A stretch of 64,000 nt of DNA from a bacterium (lineage in GTDB: Bacteria > Electryoneota > AABM5-125-24 > Hatepunaeales > Hatepunaeaceae). The number at the start of each line of letters is the position of its first letter. Within the stretch, counting starts at the first letter, position 1. Of the stretch, positions 38,684 to 48,371 are shown in pieces. The stretch is from positions 951-64,950 of the forward strand of contig JAIPJL010000004.1 of assembly GCA_021734165.1 (NCBI GenBank), in the 5' to 3' direction. The notes below the pieces were generated by a model. That model was not told where the DNA came from and searched no databases. It saw nothing but the letters and a program-made list of their open reading frames with translations. A program made the position numbers and the translations under genes.

Positions 38684-38986
38684 ATGCCGGAATTTGGATC
38701 CCCATTCTCAGGGATGGCAAGCGATAGGAAGCTAACCGACGAAGAGTTGATTCGCGCCATTCGCTTTATGATTGCAGCGGAGTATGAAGCGATTCAGTTG
38801 TATATGCAACTCGCCGAGTCAACAGACAATAAGCTCGCTATTGAGGTGCTCAAGGATATTGCAGACGAGGAGCGTGTTCATGCTGGTGAGTTTATCAGAT
38901 TGCTCCACGAACTTGATCCTAAAGAGCAGAAATTCTATTCTGAGGGCGCTGAGGAAGTTGAAGAGGAAATCGAGGAATTAAAGTAA
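38684..38986 (+). CDS. Short ferritin-like protein (rubrerythrin/encapsulated-ferritin type)
   Basis: Two-helix-hairpin di-iron motifs EYEAIQLY and DEERVHAGEF. Confidence 0.8.
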   Translation: MPEFGSPFSGMASDRKLTDEELIRAIRFMIAAEYEAIQLYMQLAESTDNKLAIEVLKDIADEERVHAGEFIRLLHELDPKEQKFYSEGAEEVEEEIEELK

Positions 38987-39038
38987 AACAGTTGAAATAC
39001 TGCTTAACAGCCAATACATTTCTAATAAGAAGTAATTA

Positions 39039-39887
39039 ATGAAACTTGCAGTTGCATCAGGAAAAGGCGGAACGGGTAAGACAACTATTGCTGTAAACCT
39101 TGCTAAGGTAGTCAAATCACGATTAAGGCTATTAGACTGCGATGTGGAAGCGCCGAATGATCATCTCTTTCTAAATGGTTCAATTCAGAATGAAGAGATC
39201 GTTAACGTTCTGATTCCTGTGGTGGATGAATCTCTCTGTGACGCTTGTGGTGAATGCAGTCAGTTTTGCGAATTCAACGCTATTGTATCGCTCAAGACAA
39301 CTCCGCTTATTTTTCCTGAACTCTGTCATAGCTGCGGCGGTTGTATGGAAGTCTGTCCGCATAGAGCCATTACTGAAGAACCACATCGGATTGGTGTTAT
39401 ACAGATTAGTGAGAAAGATAATATCACACTCACTCAAGGTCGTATTGATATTGGTGTGGCAATGGCGCCTCCGATGATTAGGGCAGTTAAGGCGCGAATG
39501 CAAAATGGAAATCATTGCATAATTGACGCACCACCAGGTACATCTTGTCCTGTAATTGCTGCAATAAGTGGTGTTGATTATGTAGCAATGGTCACCGAAC
39601 CGACGCCTTTCGGACTGCATGACTTGAAACTTGCCATTGACATGGCTCGCGAGATAAATATTCCCTTTGGTGTAATTATTAATAGAGTTGGAATTGGTGA
39701 TAATCGAGTTCATTCTCTTTGTGAACAGGAAGGTATTCCGATTCTAATGGAACTTCCGGATGACAGACGAATTGCTGAAGCTTATTCCAGAGGGGATTTG
39801 ATTGTTGAAGCGCTGCCGGAATATAGACGCTATTTTGAGGAGTTGTGGAAAAAAGTACTACCATACGAAAACAATAAGGTAAACTGA
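39039..39887 (+). CDS. MinD/CobQ-type P-loop ATPase with inserted 2x[4Fe-4S] ferredoxin (Orp3/Orp4-like)
   Basis: SGKGGTGKT, DCDVEAPN, CDACGECSQFC, CHSCGGCMEVCP, DAPPGTSCP, TEPT. Confidence 0.9.
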   Translation: MKLAVASGKGGTGKTTIAVNLAKVVKSRLRLLDCDVEAPNDHLFLNGSIQNEEIVNVLIPVVDESLCDACGECSQFCEFNAIVSLKTTPLIFPELCHSCGGCMEVCPHRAITEEPHRIGVIQISEKDNITLTQGRIDIGVAMAPPMIRAVKARMQNGNHCIIDAPPGTSCPVIAAISGVDYVAMVTEPTPFGLHDLKLAIDMAREINIPFGVIINRVGIGDNRVHSLCEQEGIPILMELPDDRRIAEAYSRGDLIVEALPEYRRYFEELWKKVLPYENNKVN

Positions 39888-39889
39888 TA

Positions 39890-40150
39890 ATGCCTACTTA
39901 CGAATATAAATGCGATAATTGCGGATTTGAATTTGAAAGACGACAATCAATTTCTGATCAGCCAATCTCGGAGTGTCCTGAATGTCAAGGGAAAGTTCAG
40001 CGATTGGTCAGCAGTGGAGTGGGATTCGTTTTCAAAGGTTCCGGACAGAATCGGATGAATCAAAACGGCAGTTGTTCATTAGAACAAACCGGAACGACTT
40101 GCTGCGGACAATCTTCGCCCTGCGGAACACCGTCATGCGGGATAGATTAA
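39890..40150 (+). CDS. FmdB-family zinc-ribbon protein
   Basis: MPTYEYKCDNCG...CPECQG...FKGSG. Confidence 0.88.
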   Translation: MPTYEYKCDNCGFEFERRQSISDQPISECPECQGKVQRLVSSGVGFVFKGSGQNRMNQNGSCSLEQTGTTCCGQSSPCGTPSCGID

Positions 40151-41097
40151 TGACACCAGATAAACTAAAACATATCTATGGGCCTGTGTTCTCGCGCCGT
40201 CTCGGTCATTCACTCGGAATTGATCTCGTGCCGTTTAAAACATGCACTTATGATTGCATATATTGCCAACTTGGACGCACAACCAACAAGACAATAGAGC
40301 TAAAGGAATACGTTAACGTTGATGATGTATTTAATGAGCTAAAACATTTATTGTCAACAAGATCCGATATTGATTATATAAGCCTGGCAGGGTCGGGTGA
40401 ACCGACTCTTAATAACCAAGTCGGGAAGTTGATCGACAAGATATTGGAAATAACAGATATACCTATTGCTGTTTTAACTAATGGATCATTGCTCTGGATG
40501 GATGAGGTTAAGCAAGCATTAATGAAAACCGATCTCGTTCTTCCTTCACTTGACGCCGGGGCGGAATCCTTGTTTAAATATGTCAATCGACCTCATAAAG
40601 GAATTTCATTTAAATCAATGGTTGATGGTATAGTAGATTTCTCGCATAGTTTTCCTGGTGAAGTAAGGCTTGAGGTTCTGCTGCTTGATGGAGTAACAGG
40701 GATTCAATCTGAAGTTAAAAAGATTGACGTTATTGCGAAACGTATTCAACCGTCACTAATCCAGTTGAACACAGCATCCCGTCCGCCTGTTGAGAAATTT
40801 GCATTGAGGATGTCGAATGATCAGTTACACGAGTTAAGTAGATACTTTACCGATAGCGTTGAAGTAATCTCCGATAATGAAGAAACGGTGTTGCCTGCAT
40901 CATCAGATAGAGTTGTAACACAGGATGAAATACTCGCATTGCTGCAAAGACGCCCTTGCACCTTACAAGGTATTTCCTCAGGCTTGAATTTCCACAAATT
41001 AGAGATACTTAAACTATTGGAGCAAATGGATCACCAAGGATTAGTCAAAGTTGTTCGAAAAGATGGATCAACATTTTACGAATTTTCTAATAAATGA
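40150..41097 (+). CDS. Radical SAM protein (SRRLG/TYW1-like subgroup)
   Basis: GPVFSRRLG.SLGIDL, CTYDCIYC, GSGEPTL, LTNGSL; ATG 40150 overlaps upstream TAA. Confidence 0.88.
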   Translation: MTPDKLKHIYGPVFSRRLGHSLGIDLVPFKTCTYDCIYCQLGRTTNKTIELKEYVNVDDVFNELKHLLSTRSDIDYISLAGSGEPTLNNQVGKLIDKILEITDIPIAVLTNGSLLWMDEVKQALMKTDLVLPSLDAGAESLFKYVNRPHKGISFKSMVDGIVDFSHSFPGEVRLEVLLLDGVTGIQSEVKKIDVIAKRIQPSLIQLNTASRPPVEKFALRMSNDQLHELSRYFTDSVEVISDNEETVLPASSDRVVTQDEILALLQRRPCTLQGISSGLNFHKLEILKLLEQMDHQGLVKVVRKDGSTFYEFSNK

Positions 41098-41969
41098 TAA
41101 AAGAACTGGTTGTAATAAGCGGTAAAGGGGGAACCGGAAAAACGAGTGTAACGGCTTCATTTGCGATGCTTGCAGATCATCCGGTAATTGCAGACTGCGA
41201 CGTTGACGCCGCGGATTTACATCTGATACTTTCGCCACATATAATTGAGCGTCACGAGTTCTATAGCGGTCATGAAGCGATCATTCGTCAGGATGATTGT
41301 AATGAATGCGGTGTATGTGAGGAATATTGCCGGTTTGATGCAATAAATATGAACGTCAATGAATCAGGAGAAACGGTATTCACTGTTGATCCTGTATCTT
41401 GTGAAGGCTGCGGTTTGTGTGTTTATCTATGTCCGGTTGATGCAATTGATTTTCCAACAAGGCGCTGTGGTGAATGGAGAATTTCTGAAACGCGTTGTGG
41501 TTCTATGGTTGACGCTCGTTTGGGAGTAGCCGCCGAAAACTCAGGCAAATTGGTTTCGACCGTTCGCAGGGAAGCGCGCCGAATTGCTGAAGATCAGAAT
41601 CGTTCCATGATTATTGTAGATGGACCACCTGGCATCGGTTGTCCGGTGATTGCATCGGTAACGGGAGCCTCACAGGTTTTGATAGTCTCTGAACCAACGG
41701 TGTCAGGTAAACATGATTTGGAGAGGGTTCTTGCGCTGACAGGGCACTTTAAAATACCGACAGCAGTTTGTATTAACAAATGGGATCTTAATCCGGCAAT
41801 GACAGAACTAATAGAAGAAACAGCTCGCAAATCCGAAGCTGTTATTGCCGGACGTATTAGGTATGATCCACTTGTGACTTCAGCTCAAATGCAAGGAAAA
41901 GCTGTGGTAGAGATTGATGCGCCTTCTGCAAATGACATTTACGGGATTTGGGAAAACCTTACGCTTTGA
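41094..41969 (+). CDS. Second MinD-type ATPase with 2x[4Fe-4S] ferredoxin (Orp3/Orp4-like)
   Basis: SGKGGTGKT, DCDVDAAD, CNECGVCEEYC, CEGCGLCVYLCP, ENSGKLV, DGPPGIGCP. Confidence 0.9.
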   Translation: MIKELVVISGKGGTGKTSVTASFAMLADHPVIADCDVDAADLHLILSPHIIERHEFYSGHEAIIRQDDCNECGVCEEYCRFDAINMNVNESGETVFTVDPVSCEGCGLCVYLCPVDAIDFPTRRCGEWRISETRCGSMVDARLGVAAENSGKLVSTVRREARRIAEDQNRSMIIVDGPPGIGCPVIASVTGASQVLIVSEPTVSGKHDLERVLALTGHFKIPTAVCINKWDLNPAMTELIEETARKSEAVIAGRIRYDPLVTSAQMQGKAVVEIDAPSANDIYGIWENLTL

Positions 41970-42048
41970 TTCCGAAAGCTGTTTCTCAAGACTGGAAATA
42001 TAAAAAACAAATAAATTAAGATTCCCATAAATACAAAGAGGAAACCAA

Positions 42049-42387
42049 ATGAAAATTGCAATACCTTTGGCAAACGGCAAGCTGGCAATGCATTTTGGAC
42101 ATTGTGAGAGTTTTGCTATGATTGAAGTGGATGACGTTGGAAAAACGATAATTAATCGCGAGGATCTTCTGGCGCCACCACATCAACCTGGATTGCTGCC
42201 ACCTTGGTTAGCAGAACGGGGCGCTACGATGATCATATCAGGAGGTATGGGACAACGCGCTGTATCAATGTTTCATCAGCAAGGCATTAGAGTAGAGGTT
42301 GGCGCTCCTGCTGAGACGCCGGAAGTAATAGTATCAAATTATCTTGCCGGTGATCTTATGTTAAGTCAGAATGTTTGTGATCACTAA
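42049..42387 (+). CDS. Stand-alone NifX-family protein resembling the C-terminal domain of MrpORP
   Basis: KIAIP...HFGHC...PPHQPG...GGMG...NVCDH. Confidence 0.85.
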   Translation: MKIAIPLANGKLAMHFGHCESFAMIEVDDVGKTIINREDLLAPPHQPGLLPPWLAERGATMIISGGMGQRAVSMFHQQGIRVEVGAPAETPEVIVSNYLAGDLMLSQNVCDH

Positions 42388-42414
42388 AACAGTTAAAAAT
42401 AAAGAGTAAATAAA

Positions 42415-42645
42415 ATGATACAAGGTGGAAGAACTGGCGGCGGGGGTATAGGGGGAGGTAGAGGCACAGGTGGTGGTGGTGGACAAGGTGGTGGAGGTGG
42501 AGGACGCGGAGGCGGTAGAGGATTTGGCCCCGGAGGTGAATGCGTCTGCAGCGCTTGCGGTCATGTTGCACCTCATCAACCCGGTCAACCCTGCTTTCAG
42601 ATGAAATGTCCGAAGTGTGGGGCAGTAATGATCCGAAAAGATTAG
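42415..42645 (+). CDS. Small Gly-rich protein with C-terminal Cys cluster
   Basis: GG repeats then [12 protein letters not shown]...PC...CPKCG. Confidence 0.75.
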   Translation: MIQGGRTGGGGIGGGRGTGGGGGQGGGGGGRGGGRGFGPGGECVCSACGHVAPHQPGQPCFQMKCPKCGAVMIRKD

Positions 42646-42720
42646 AAAGTTTAGAAATGATAGTTGATTAAATTTGTGATCGATTTACTAAATTAAAACA
42701 ATTAACAACGGATTTCTGAA

Positions 42721-43167
42721 ATGAAGGATAGAGTTAAAATCGGCATAATTATCTGCGACCGTTACCATACCTGCGCTGGTGGTAAATGCTTCAAATCGCT
42801 GAAAAACAGGGAAGGCGCTTTCAGTATTTACCAGGACAAAGAAGCTGAATTGGTGGGATATACAACCTGTGGAGGCTGCCCCGGTGGAAATATTGAGCAT
42901 GCAACGGAGGAGATGAAGAAAAACGGCGCTGAGGTAATTCACCTTGCTACTGGATTTGTAGTTGGTTATCCTCCCTGTCCGTATTTGAAGTATTTCAAGG
43001 ATTTTATTCCTGCTAAGTTTGGTATGGAAGTTGTTATCGGCACTCATCCCATTCCTGAAAAGTATTTCATCACACATAACATACTGAAAACATGGTCTGA
43101 TCCTGAATGGAAAGAGATGCTGCAACCGACCATTGCAAATGAGGAAATCCGTAAAGCTTATAATTAA
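42721..43167 (+). CDS. CGGC-domain protein
   Basis: IIIC...CAGGKC...TTCGGCPG...IHLA...CP...GTH. Confidence 0.88.
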   Translation: MKDRVKIGIIICDRYHTCAGGKCFKSLKNREGAFSIYQDKEAELVGYTTCGGCPGGNIEHATEEMKKNGAEVIHLATGFVVGYPPCPYLKYFKDFIPAKFGMEVVIGTHPIPEKYFITHNILKTWSDPEWKEMLQPTIANEEIRKAYN

Positions 43168-43183
43168 TTGAGTTAGCGGTTAT

Positions 43184-43633
43184 ATGAACCAAAAAAGAAT
43201 TTTACCGCCAACCTATTTTTTGATTAGTTTAAATTTGATGGTTGGCTTAAACTTTCTGCTTCCGATTAAGAAGTTAGCGCCATTTCCCTGGAATTTCATT
43301 GGAATACTGCCATTGGCATTTGGGATACTTCTGAATCTGATTGCAGATAAAGCATTTACAAAGAACAAGACTACGGTAAAGCCATTTGAAGAATCTACCG
43401 CATTAATCACAGATGGCGCTTTCAGAATCAGTCGAAATCCGATGTATCTCGGTATGACTTTTATATTACTTGGACTTGCATTGCTCTTGGGGAGGCTTTC
43501 ACCTCTGCTAATTATACCGTTTTATGTTCTCCTGATGGATTTAATTTTTATCAAAGCCGAAGAGAAAATGCTTGAAAAGTCATTTAGGGATAATTGGATG
43601 AATTATAAACGGAAGGTCAGGCGGTGGATTTAG
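43184..43633 (+). CDS. ICMT/PEMT-family membrane methyltransferase
   Basis: TM helices, LITDGAFRISRNPMYLG, EEKMLEKSF...Y...VRRWI. Confidence 0.88.
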   Translation: MNQKRILPPTYFLISLNLMVGLNFLLPIKKLAPFPWNFIGILPLAFGILLNLIADKAFTKNKTTVKPFEESTALITDGAFRISRNPMYLGMTFILLGLALLLGRLSPLLIIPFYVLLMDLIFIKAEEKMLEKSFRDNWMNYKRKVRRWI

Positions 43634-43691
43634 CCAGACCTAAAATTAAGCTTAGGTTTACTGTAATCTTTAAACTTGGAGAACAAACATA

Positions 43692-44861
43692 ATGGTAAAT
43701 AAACCCCTAATTTCCAACAGAGTCGCACAAATTCAAAAATCAGCCATCCACGAAATGACGAGGCTGTCAAAGGAAGTTGAAGATGTAGCGTTTTTATCCT
43801 GGGCAAAACCTACTTCTGACACACCGGAGCATATCAAGGAGGCTGCCATTGCTGCGATTAAAGCTGGAAAAGTTGGCGGATACTCTGAAAATGCCGGATT
43901 ATTGCCGCTGCGCGAGGAGATCGTAAAGAAGCTGAAACGCGATAACAATATAGACGCCAATACTGCGCAGATTCTCCTGACCGTCGGTGCGATTGAAGGC
44001 TTATCAGCAGCCATAATGGCAATAGTCGATCCCGGTGATGAAGTAATCCTGCCATCACCAACTTACTCGACACACATCCGTCAGGTGGTTATAGCTTCCG
44101 GAAAACCTGTCCTGATTCCAACCATCGAAGAAGAAGGCTTTATTCTCGATCTTGAGGCTATTAAGAAAGCCATCACACCAAGAACCAAAGCGATCGTTTA
44201 CTGCTCACCGAGCAACCCAACCGGAACGGTCTTTTCGGAACAGCAGCTTCGGGCATTAGCAGAGATTGCTCTTGAACATAACCTGATGGTTATTACTGAC
44301 GAGGCTTATGAGTATTTCGTATTCGACGATCATAAACACTTCAGTATTGCTTCTATTCCTGAAATCCGAAGGAACGTGATAAGCTGTTATACTTTCACAA
44401 AAACTTATGCTATGACAGGCTGGCGACTCGGTTATCTTCATGCGGATGAAGCAATGATACCGCATATAACCAAAGCACACATTCCATTTGCAATCTGCGC
44501 TCCGGTTGTTTCTCAGTACGCTGCTTTGGGAGCATTACAGGGATCGCAGTCCTGCGTTTCGGATTTTAGAGAACACTACCTGGCGGCAAGAAACCTGATG
44601 TGTGAACGTCTTGATCGGCTAAGTTCTGTCTTCGATTACCAGAAACCCGGCGGCTCTTACTTGATGTTCCCGCGCATTCTGCTTGAAGAAGGTAAGGATT
44701 CAACAGCGTTTTGCATCAGGCTGTTAAAAGAGGGCAAGGTCTCAACAACACCCGGCATTGCATTTGGTCCAACCGGACAAAGTCATCTACGCTTGTCCTT
44801 TTGCGTTCCACTTGACGCAATCAACAAGGCATTTGACAGAATGGAAGTTTACTTCAGATAG
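43692..44861 (+). CDS. PLP-dependent aminotransferase class I/II
   Basis: PSNPTG, DEAY, TFTKTYAMTGWRLGY, LRLSF. Confidence 0.92.
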   Translation: MVNKPLISNRVAQIQKSAIHEMTRLSKEVEDVAFLSWAKPTSDTPEHIKEAAIAAIKAGKVGGYSENAGLLPLREEIVKKLKRDNNIDANTAQILLTVGAIEGLSAAIMAIVDPGDEVILPSPTYSTHIRQVVIASGKPVLIPTIEEEGFILDLEAIKKAITPRTKAIVYCSPSNPTGTVFSEQQLRALAEIALEHNLMVITDEAYEYFVFDDHKHFSIASIPEIRRNVISCYTFTKTYAMTGWRLGYLHADEAMIPHITKAHIPFAICAPVVSQYAALGALQGSQSCVSDFREHYLAARNLMCERLDRLSSVFDYQKPGGSYLMFPRILLEEGKDSTAFCIRLLKEGKVSTTPGIAFGPTGQSHLRLSFCVPLDAINKAFDRMEVYFR

Positions 44862-44869
44862 ATTTTTTC

Positions 44870-46840
44870 TTAATCGTTTTCAGATTGAACAGTCTCATCA
44901 GAAGTTAGTGACGGTTCTTTCAGTTTTTCAATCAGGTTATCCTGCGGAGTTAGCGACTCGTGACAAGTAAAGCATTTATTCAGATCGTTTCTGCTTAACT
45001 CCTCAGCTTTCGAATCATGGCATTTAATACACTTTCCGTGCATAGCTTGTTGATAACTGTCGGCATATTTAAGGTCGAGGTCCGGATCTATCTCGCCAAC
45101 CATTCCCATATCACTGCTGTGACATTCTAAACAGGACTTTGCATTATCAGCGGTTCTTGCATAGTTGTCGGTATGACACACATTACAAGTATAGTTACCT
45201 GGATGCAATCCACTCAGTTTTAGACTATCAACGACAGCGCTTACATGATAGGTGTGATCAAAGATTTTAGTCGGTTGAAGCATGTCTCTGTGGCATCGCG
45301 AGCAGGACGTCGATTGATCTCCTGGTAAAGACATGTGATGACACTCTTTACATGACGCTTCCCCGCCAAGTCTCTCCTGATGATCAGCATGTGGAAAATC
45401 AGCATAAACGCCTGCGCGATTACCGTCTATGCGAAGCGAATTTCTGAGAGCATCCAATCCAATTGCCGGTTGTATAATTGCTTTATCGTTTTTCGATTCG
45501 TGAAAGGGAGGATATTGAATTAACCAGGCAAATGGCACTGCTACGACAGCGATTAATGTTACTCTCTGAGCAGAGTCGCTGAGAACAGTTTTCCAGACAT
45601 GCGACAAGTTGTCAAATGAGCCCATAAACAACCCTCTCGACACCCGGCGTTTTTTCCAGTTATCGTCGAAAACCGTAACGTTCTCGACAAGGAACATGAA
45701 GACAATAATTGTCGCGGAGATTATCCCGAAGCATAGCAGCCATTCCGTTAGCGAAGGAAAATACACCGCGCCGGCATCTCTGAAGTAGCCGATAATTCCA
45801 ACATCCAAACGATTAAGAACAAGACCGAATACTGCAAATAATGAAGCAATAAGCAGACCTGTCGGAGATTTACGGGATTTAGGCAAAGCTACGATAAGAA
45901 TTGGTATTACAGTCGCGCAAAGTAATTCAAAAATATACAATCCACCTTCCCAATCACCGCTTATCAGATTATGCCAGGTTCCTTTTACAATTAGATCTCC
46001 TACCTTCAGGATTAGGTAGAGACCCAATATTGAGACAGCTATACCAGCAAGTTTGCGAAGCATTGGCATATCTTTCCCTGGGGCTACACTCTTTATAGGA
46101 GCGCTGTCCAAGGAGCACGTAATCGCACCCGCTTCAGGTTTTGGTCCGAATACCGATTCAGGATCATACAGATAGGCATAGAGAATCTTAAACAGCAATA
46201 AAAACATCAATCCTGCCCCCATTGCGGAGATAATAAAGAACAAAGGTAGCAGTGATGAGTACCATAAGGGATATAACCGCTGAGGGGTTACAAGAAATAG
46301 TGATCCAAGTGATGAATGATGCAGACTTGACAAACTTACGCCAAGCACAGCGGCACCAAAACCCATGCTGTGCAGTATGTGTGCTATTTTTTTACTTTTA
46401 AGACGGTCGAGTATAGACGGAGTTAGTTCAAACGCCGTTACCGCCCAGTAAACTGATACACACCAGAATACTTCGTAAAGGAACGAATGAGGACTCCAGG
46501 AAATAAAAGGAATCCAGAATCTCCAGGGGAGACCGATGTCAAAAAGCAGCGAAAACAGAGATGAACCATAACCGAGGAAGGCTATTACAACTGACGGCAC
46601 AACGAGAGGTTTGAATTGTTTCATTCTAAAAACATAATAGAATACACCAATCATGAATCCACTCGTTGCCAGGGCAGCTCCTGCTACCATATTTAATATC
46701 TTCCACAATCCCCAAGGAATGCCATCCACCATATTAGTTGTTGCTCCAAGCCCAAACCACATACGAAATACACCGGACATTAAACCGAGCAGGGCGATGA
46801 ACCATAATATGTCCTTAATTGGACGAATTTTAGTATTCAT
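44870..46840 (-). CDS. HmcC/HybB (NrfD-family) membrane subunit fused to a C-terminal hexaheme cytochrome c
   Basis: GLGATTNM..GIPWGLW, DIGLPWRF, LHHSSLGSL, LNRL; six CxxCH (CKECH, CSRCH, CNVCH, CLECH, CIKCH, CFTCH) after an extra TM helix. Confidence 0.85.
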   Translation of the reverse strand: MNTKIRPIKDILWFIALLGLMSGVFRMWFGLGATTNMVDGIPWGLWKILNMVAGAALATSGFMIGVFYYVFRMKQFKPLVVPSVVIAFLGYGSSLFSLLFDIGLPWRFWIPFISWSPHSFLYEVFWCVSVYWAVTAFELTPSILDRLKSKKIAHILHSMGFGAAVLGVSLSSLHHSSLGSLFLVTPQRLYPLWYSSLLPLFFIISAMGAGLMFLLLFKILYAYLYDPESVFGPKPEAGAITCSLDSAPIKSVAPGKDMPMLRKLAGIAVSILGLYLILKVGDLIVKGTWHNLISGDWEGGLYIFELLCATVIPILIVALPKSRKSPTGLLIASLFAVFGLVLNRLDVGIIGYFRDAGAVYFPSLTEWLLCFGIISATIIVFMFLVENVTVFDDNWKKRRVSRGLFMGSFDNLSHVWKTVLSDSAQRVTLIAVVAVPFAWLIQYPPFHESKNDKAIIQPAIGLDALRNSLRIDGNRAGVYADFPHADHQERLGGEASCKECHHMSLPGDQSTSCSRCHRDMLQPTKIFDHTYHVSAVVDSLKLSGLHPGNYTCNVCHTDNYARTADNAKSCLECHSSDMGMVGEIDPDLDLKYADSYQQAMHGKCIKCHDSKAEELSRNDLNKCFTCHESLTPQDNLIEKLKEPSLTSDETVQSEND

Positions 46841-47629
46841 TTATTTATCATCCGACTTTTTTTCACTAATGGAACTATTCTCGCTTTTGTCCTTCTCCGA
46901 ATGATCCATGCGACGTTTTATTATCCAATTCAAACCTAACATACTCCCCATAACGGTCATACCGATTATTGGCGTCTTATGTATCAGAGGTTCAGTCAGG
47001 TCATTAATAGGAACTGTATCACGTTTTGGAAAACCTAACTCGCTAAGGTCAACATCTGAAATGTAAATAACCGATGTTCCGCCATACTCTTCCTCACCCC
47101 ACACACGATTAATATATTTATCAGGTTTTGATTTAATACGCTGATGCGCTTCATGCAGCAACGTATTTCGTTCACCAAATAACAATGCTCCTGTTGGACA
47201 CACCTCGACACAAGCTGGTAATTGACCATCCTTTAGTCGCTCGTGACACATTGTGCATTTCTTAATATGAGGAGTCAGATCATCCCATTCATAACGTGGT
47301 ATGTGGAACGGACAGGCAAGCATACAATACCTGCAGCCAATACATTGATTAGGATCATAAACGACAGGTCCTTCAGGTGTTTTAGTAATGCCTCCGCACA
47401 AGCAGGCAGCGACACAGCTCGGTTCAACACAGTGCATACATGCCTTTTTAGCAAAACTCTTTTCATCAACCTTAAGAACCGTTGATAAGCGATTACCGCT
47501 TAAACCATCATTTGTGGAACTTCTATCTATTTCAGCAGTAACAGGATCAAGATTGTTTGCTTCAACGCAAGCGGCTGCGCATTGTTCGCATCCTGTGCAA
47601 AGCGTAACGTCAATAAGTATGGAAAACAT
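46841..47629 (-). CDS. HmcB/HybA-like multi-[4Fe-4S] subunit with C-terminal membrane anchor
   Basis: CTGCEQCAAAC, CMHCVEPSCVAAC, CIGCRYCMLACP, KCTMC...PACVEVCP, YGGTSV; no twin-arginine leader. Confidence 0.88.
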   Translation of the reverse strand: MFSILIDVTLCTGCEQCAAACVEANNLDPVTAEIDRSSTNDGLSGNRLSTVLKVDEKSFAKKACMHCVEPSCVAACLCGGITKTPEGPVVYDPNQCIGCRYCMLACPFHIPRYEWDDLTPHIKKCTMCHERLKDGQLPACVEVCPTGALLFGERNTLLHEAHQRIKSKPDKYINRVWGEEEYGGTSVIYISDVDLSELGFPKRDTVPINDLTEPLIHKTPIIGMTVMGSMLGLNWIIKRRMDHSEKDKSENSSISEKKSDDK

Positions 47630-48327
47630 TATACACGCGCCTCCTTGCCAAATAAAGCATCTGCAACTTTGTCTCCAGCTCCGGGTCTCAGCTGCCAGTG
47701 TAATCCTGAAACACGATCAAAGAAGAATAATACAATATGAGAAAGCTTAGTAAATGGAATCAGAACGAATAACGCTTCTGCGCTGAGAAAGTGAGTAAGC
47801 ATCATCGTATCCCATGCAAAAGGATTAAATTTAGGATGAGAAGCTAAAAATCCTGATGCAAACGGTAGAAACACCATAATAAGTATCAGGTAATCCATGG
47901 GACCACTCATAGCCCTTTGACGACCGACAAACACCCTACAGCAGAATAAAACAATCAGACAGGCGATTGTGAATAGCGTTAAAACATCAGCAACACCTTT
48001 GCCGATTGAAGGCAGGTTTAATCCAAGGAATCCTTCCCATAAAACAACATGATCCACAAGGAATACGGGCACAAGAATCAACCCGATATGGGATAAAAAA
48101 GATGCTGAGGAAAAGAATGCTGTACCAGGGATGAAGTGCTTAACCGGAACTGCCCAGGTTAACGTATCAAGGATAATCTTCCTCCATGGCGCATTCCTGA
48201 GCCGCCTTCCTTTTCTAATTCCGAGGTAATATATTTGTAGAACTACGTGTCGAAAAAGACCCAGAATCATGAATAAAAAGGTAAATGCGAATAAAGGACC
48301 TTTTGCGAAGTCTAACCATTGTTCCAT
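47629..48327 (-). CDS. HmcE/TmcC (NarI-like) b-type cytochrome membrane subunit
   Basis: Five predicted TM helices with His residues (SHIG, DHV, THFL, SHI), IPFTKLSH. Confidence 0.8.
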   Translation of the reverse strand: MEQWLDFAKGPLFAFTFLFMILGLFRHVVLQIYYLGIRKGRRLRNAPWRKIILDTLTWAVPVKHFIPGTAFFSSASFLSHIGLILVPVFLVDHVVLWEGFLGLNLPSIGKGVADVLTLFTIACLIVLFCCRVFVGRQRAMSGPMDYLILIMVFLPFASGFLASHPKFNPFAWDTMMLTHFLSAEALFVLIPFTKLSHIVLFFFDRVSGLHWQLRPGAGDKVADALFGKEARV

Positions 48328-48371
48328 TTATTTCTCTTTGTTACGTGTTAATTTGTAATTGTGTGTCAAAG

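Noticed and set aside
38418-38735. 105-aa ORF bridging DUF89 and the ferritin-like gene
   Set aside because: Overlaps both neighbours out of frame, crosses a hairpin and has no motif. Most other short antisense ORFs in the track were dismissed likewise as shadows.
39982-40149. 56-residue N-terminal extension of the radical SAM protein
   Set aside because: Lies out of frame over the FmdB gene; ATG 40150 coupled to the upstream stop is more plausible.
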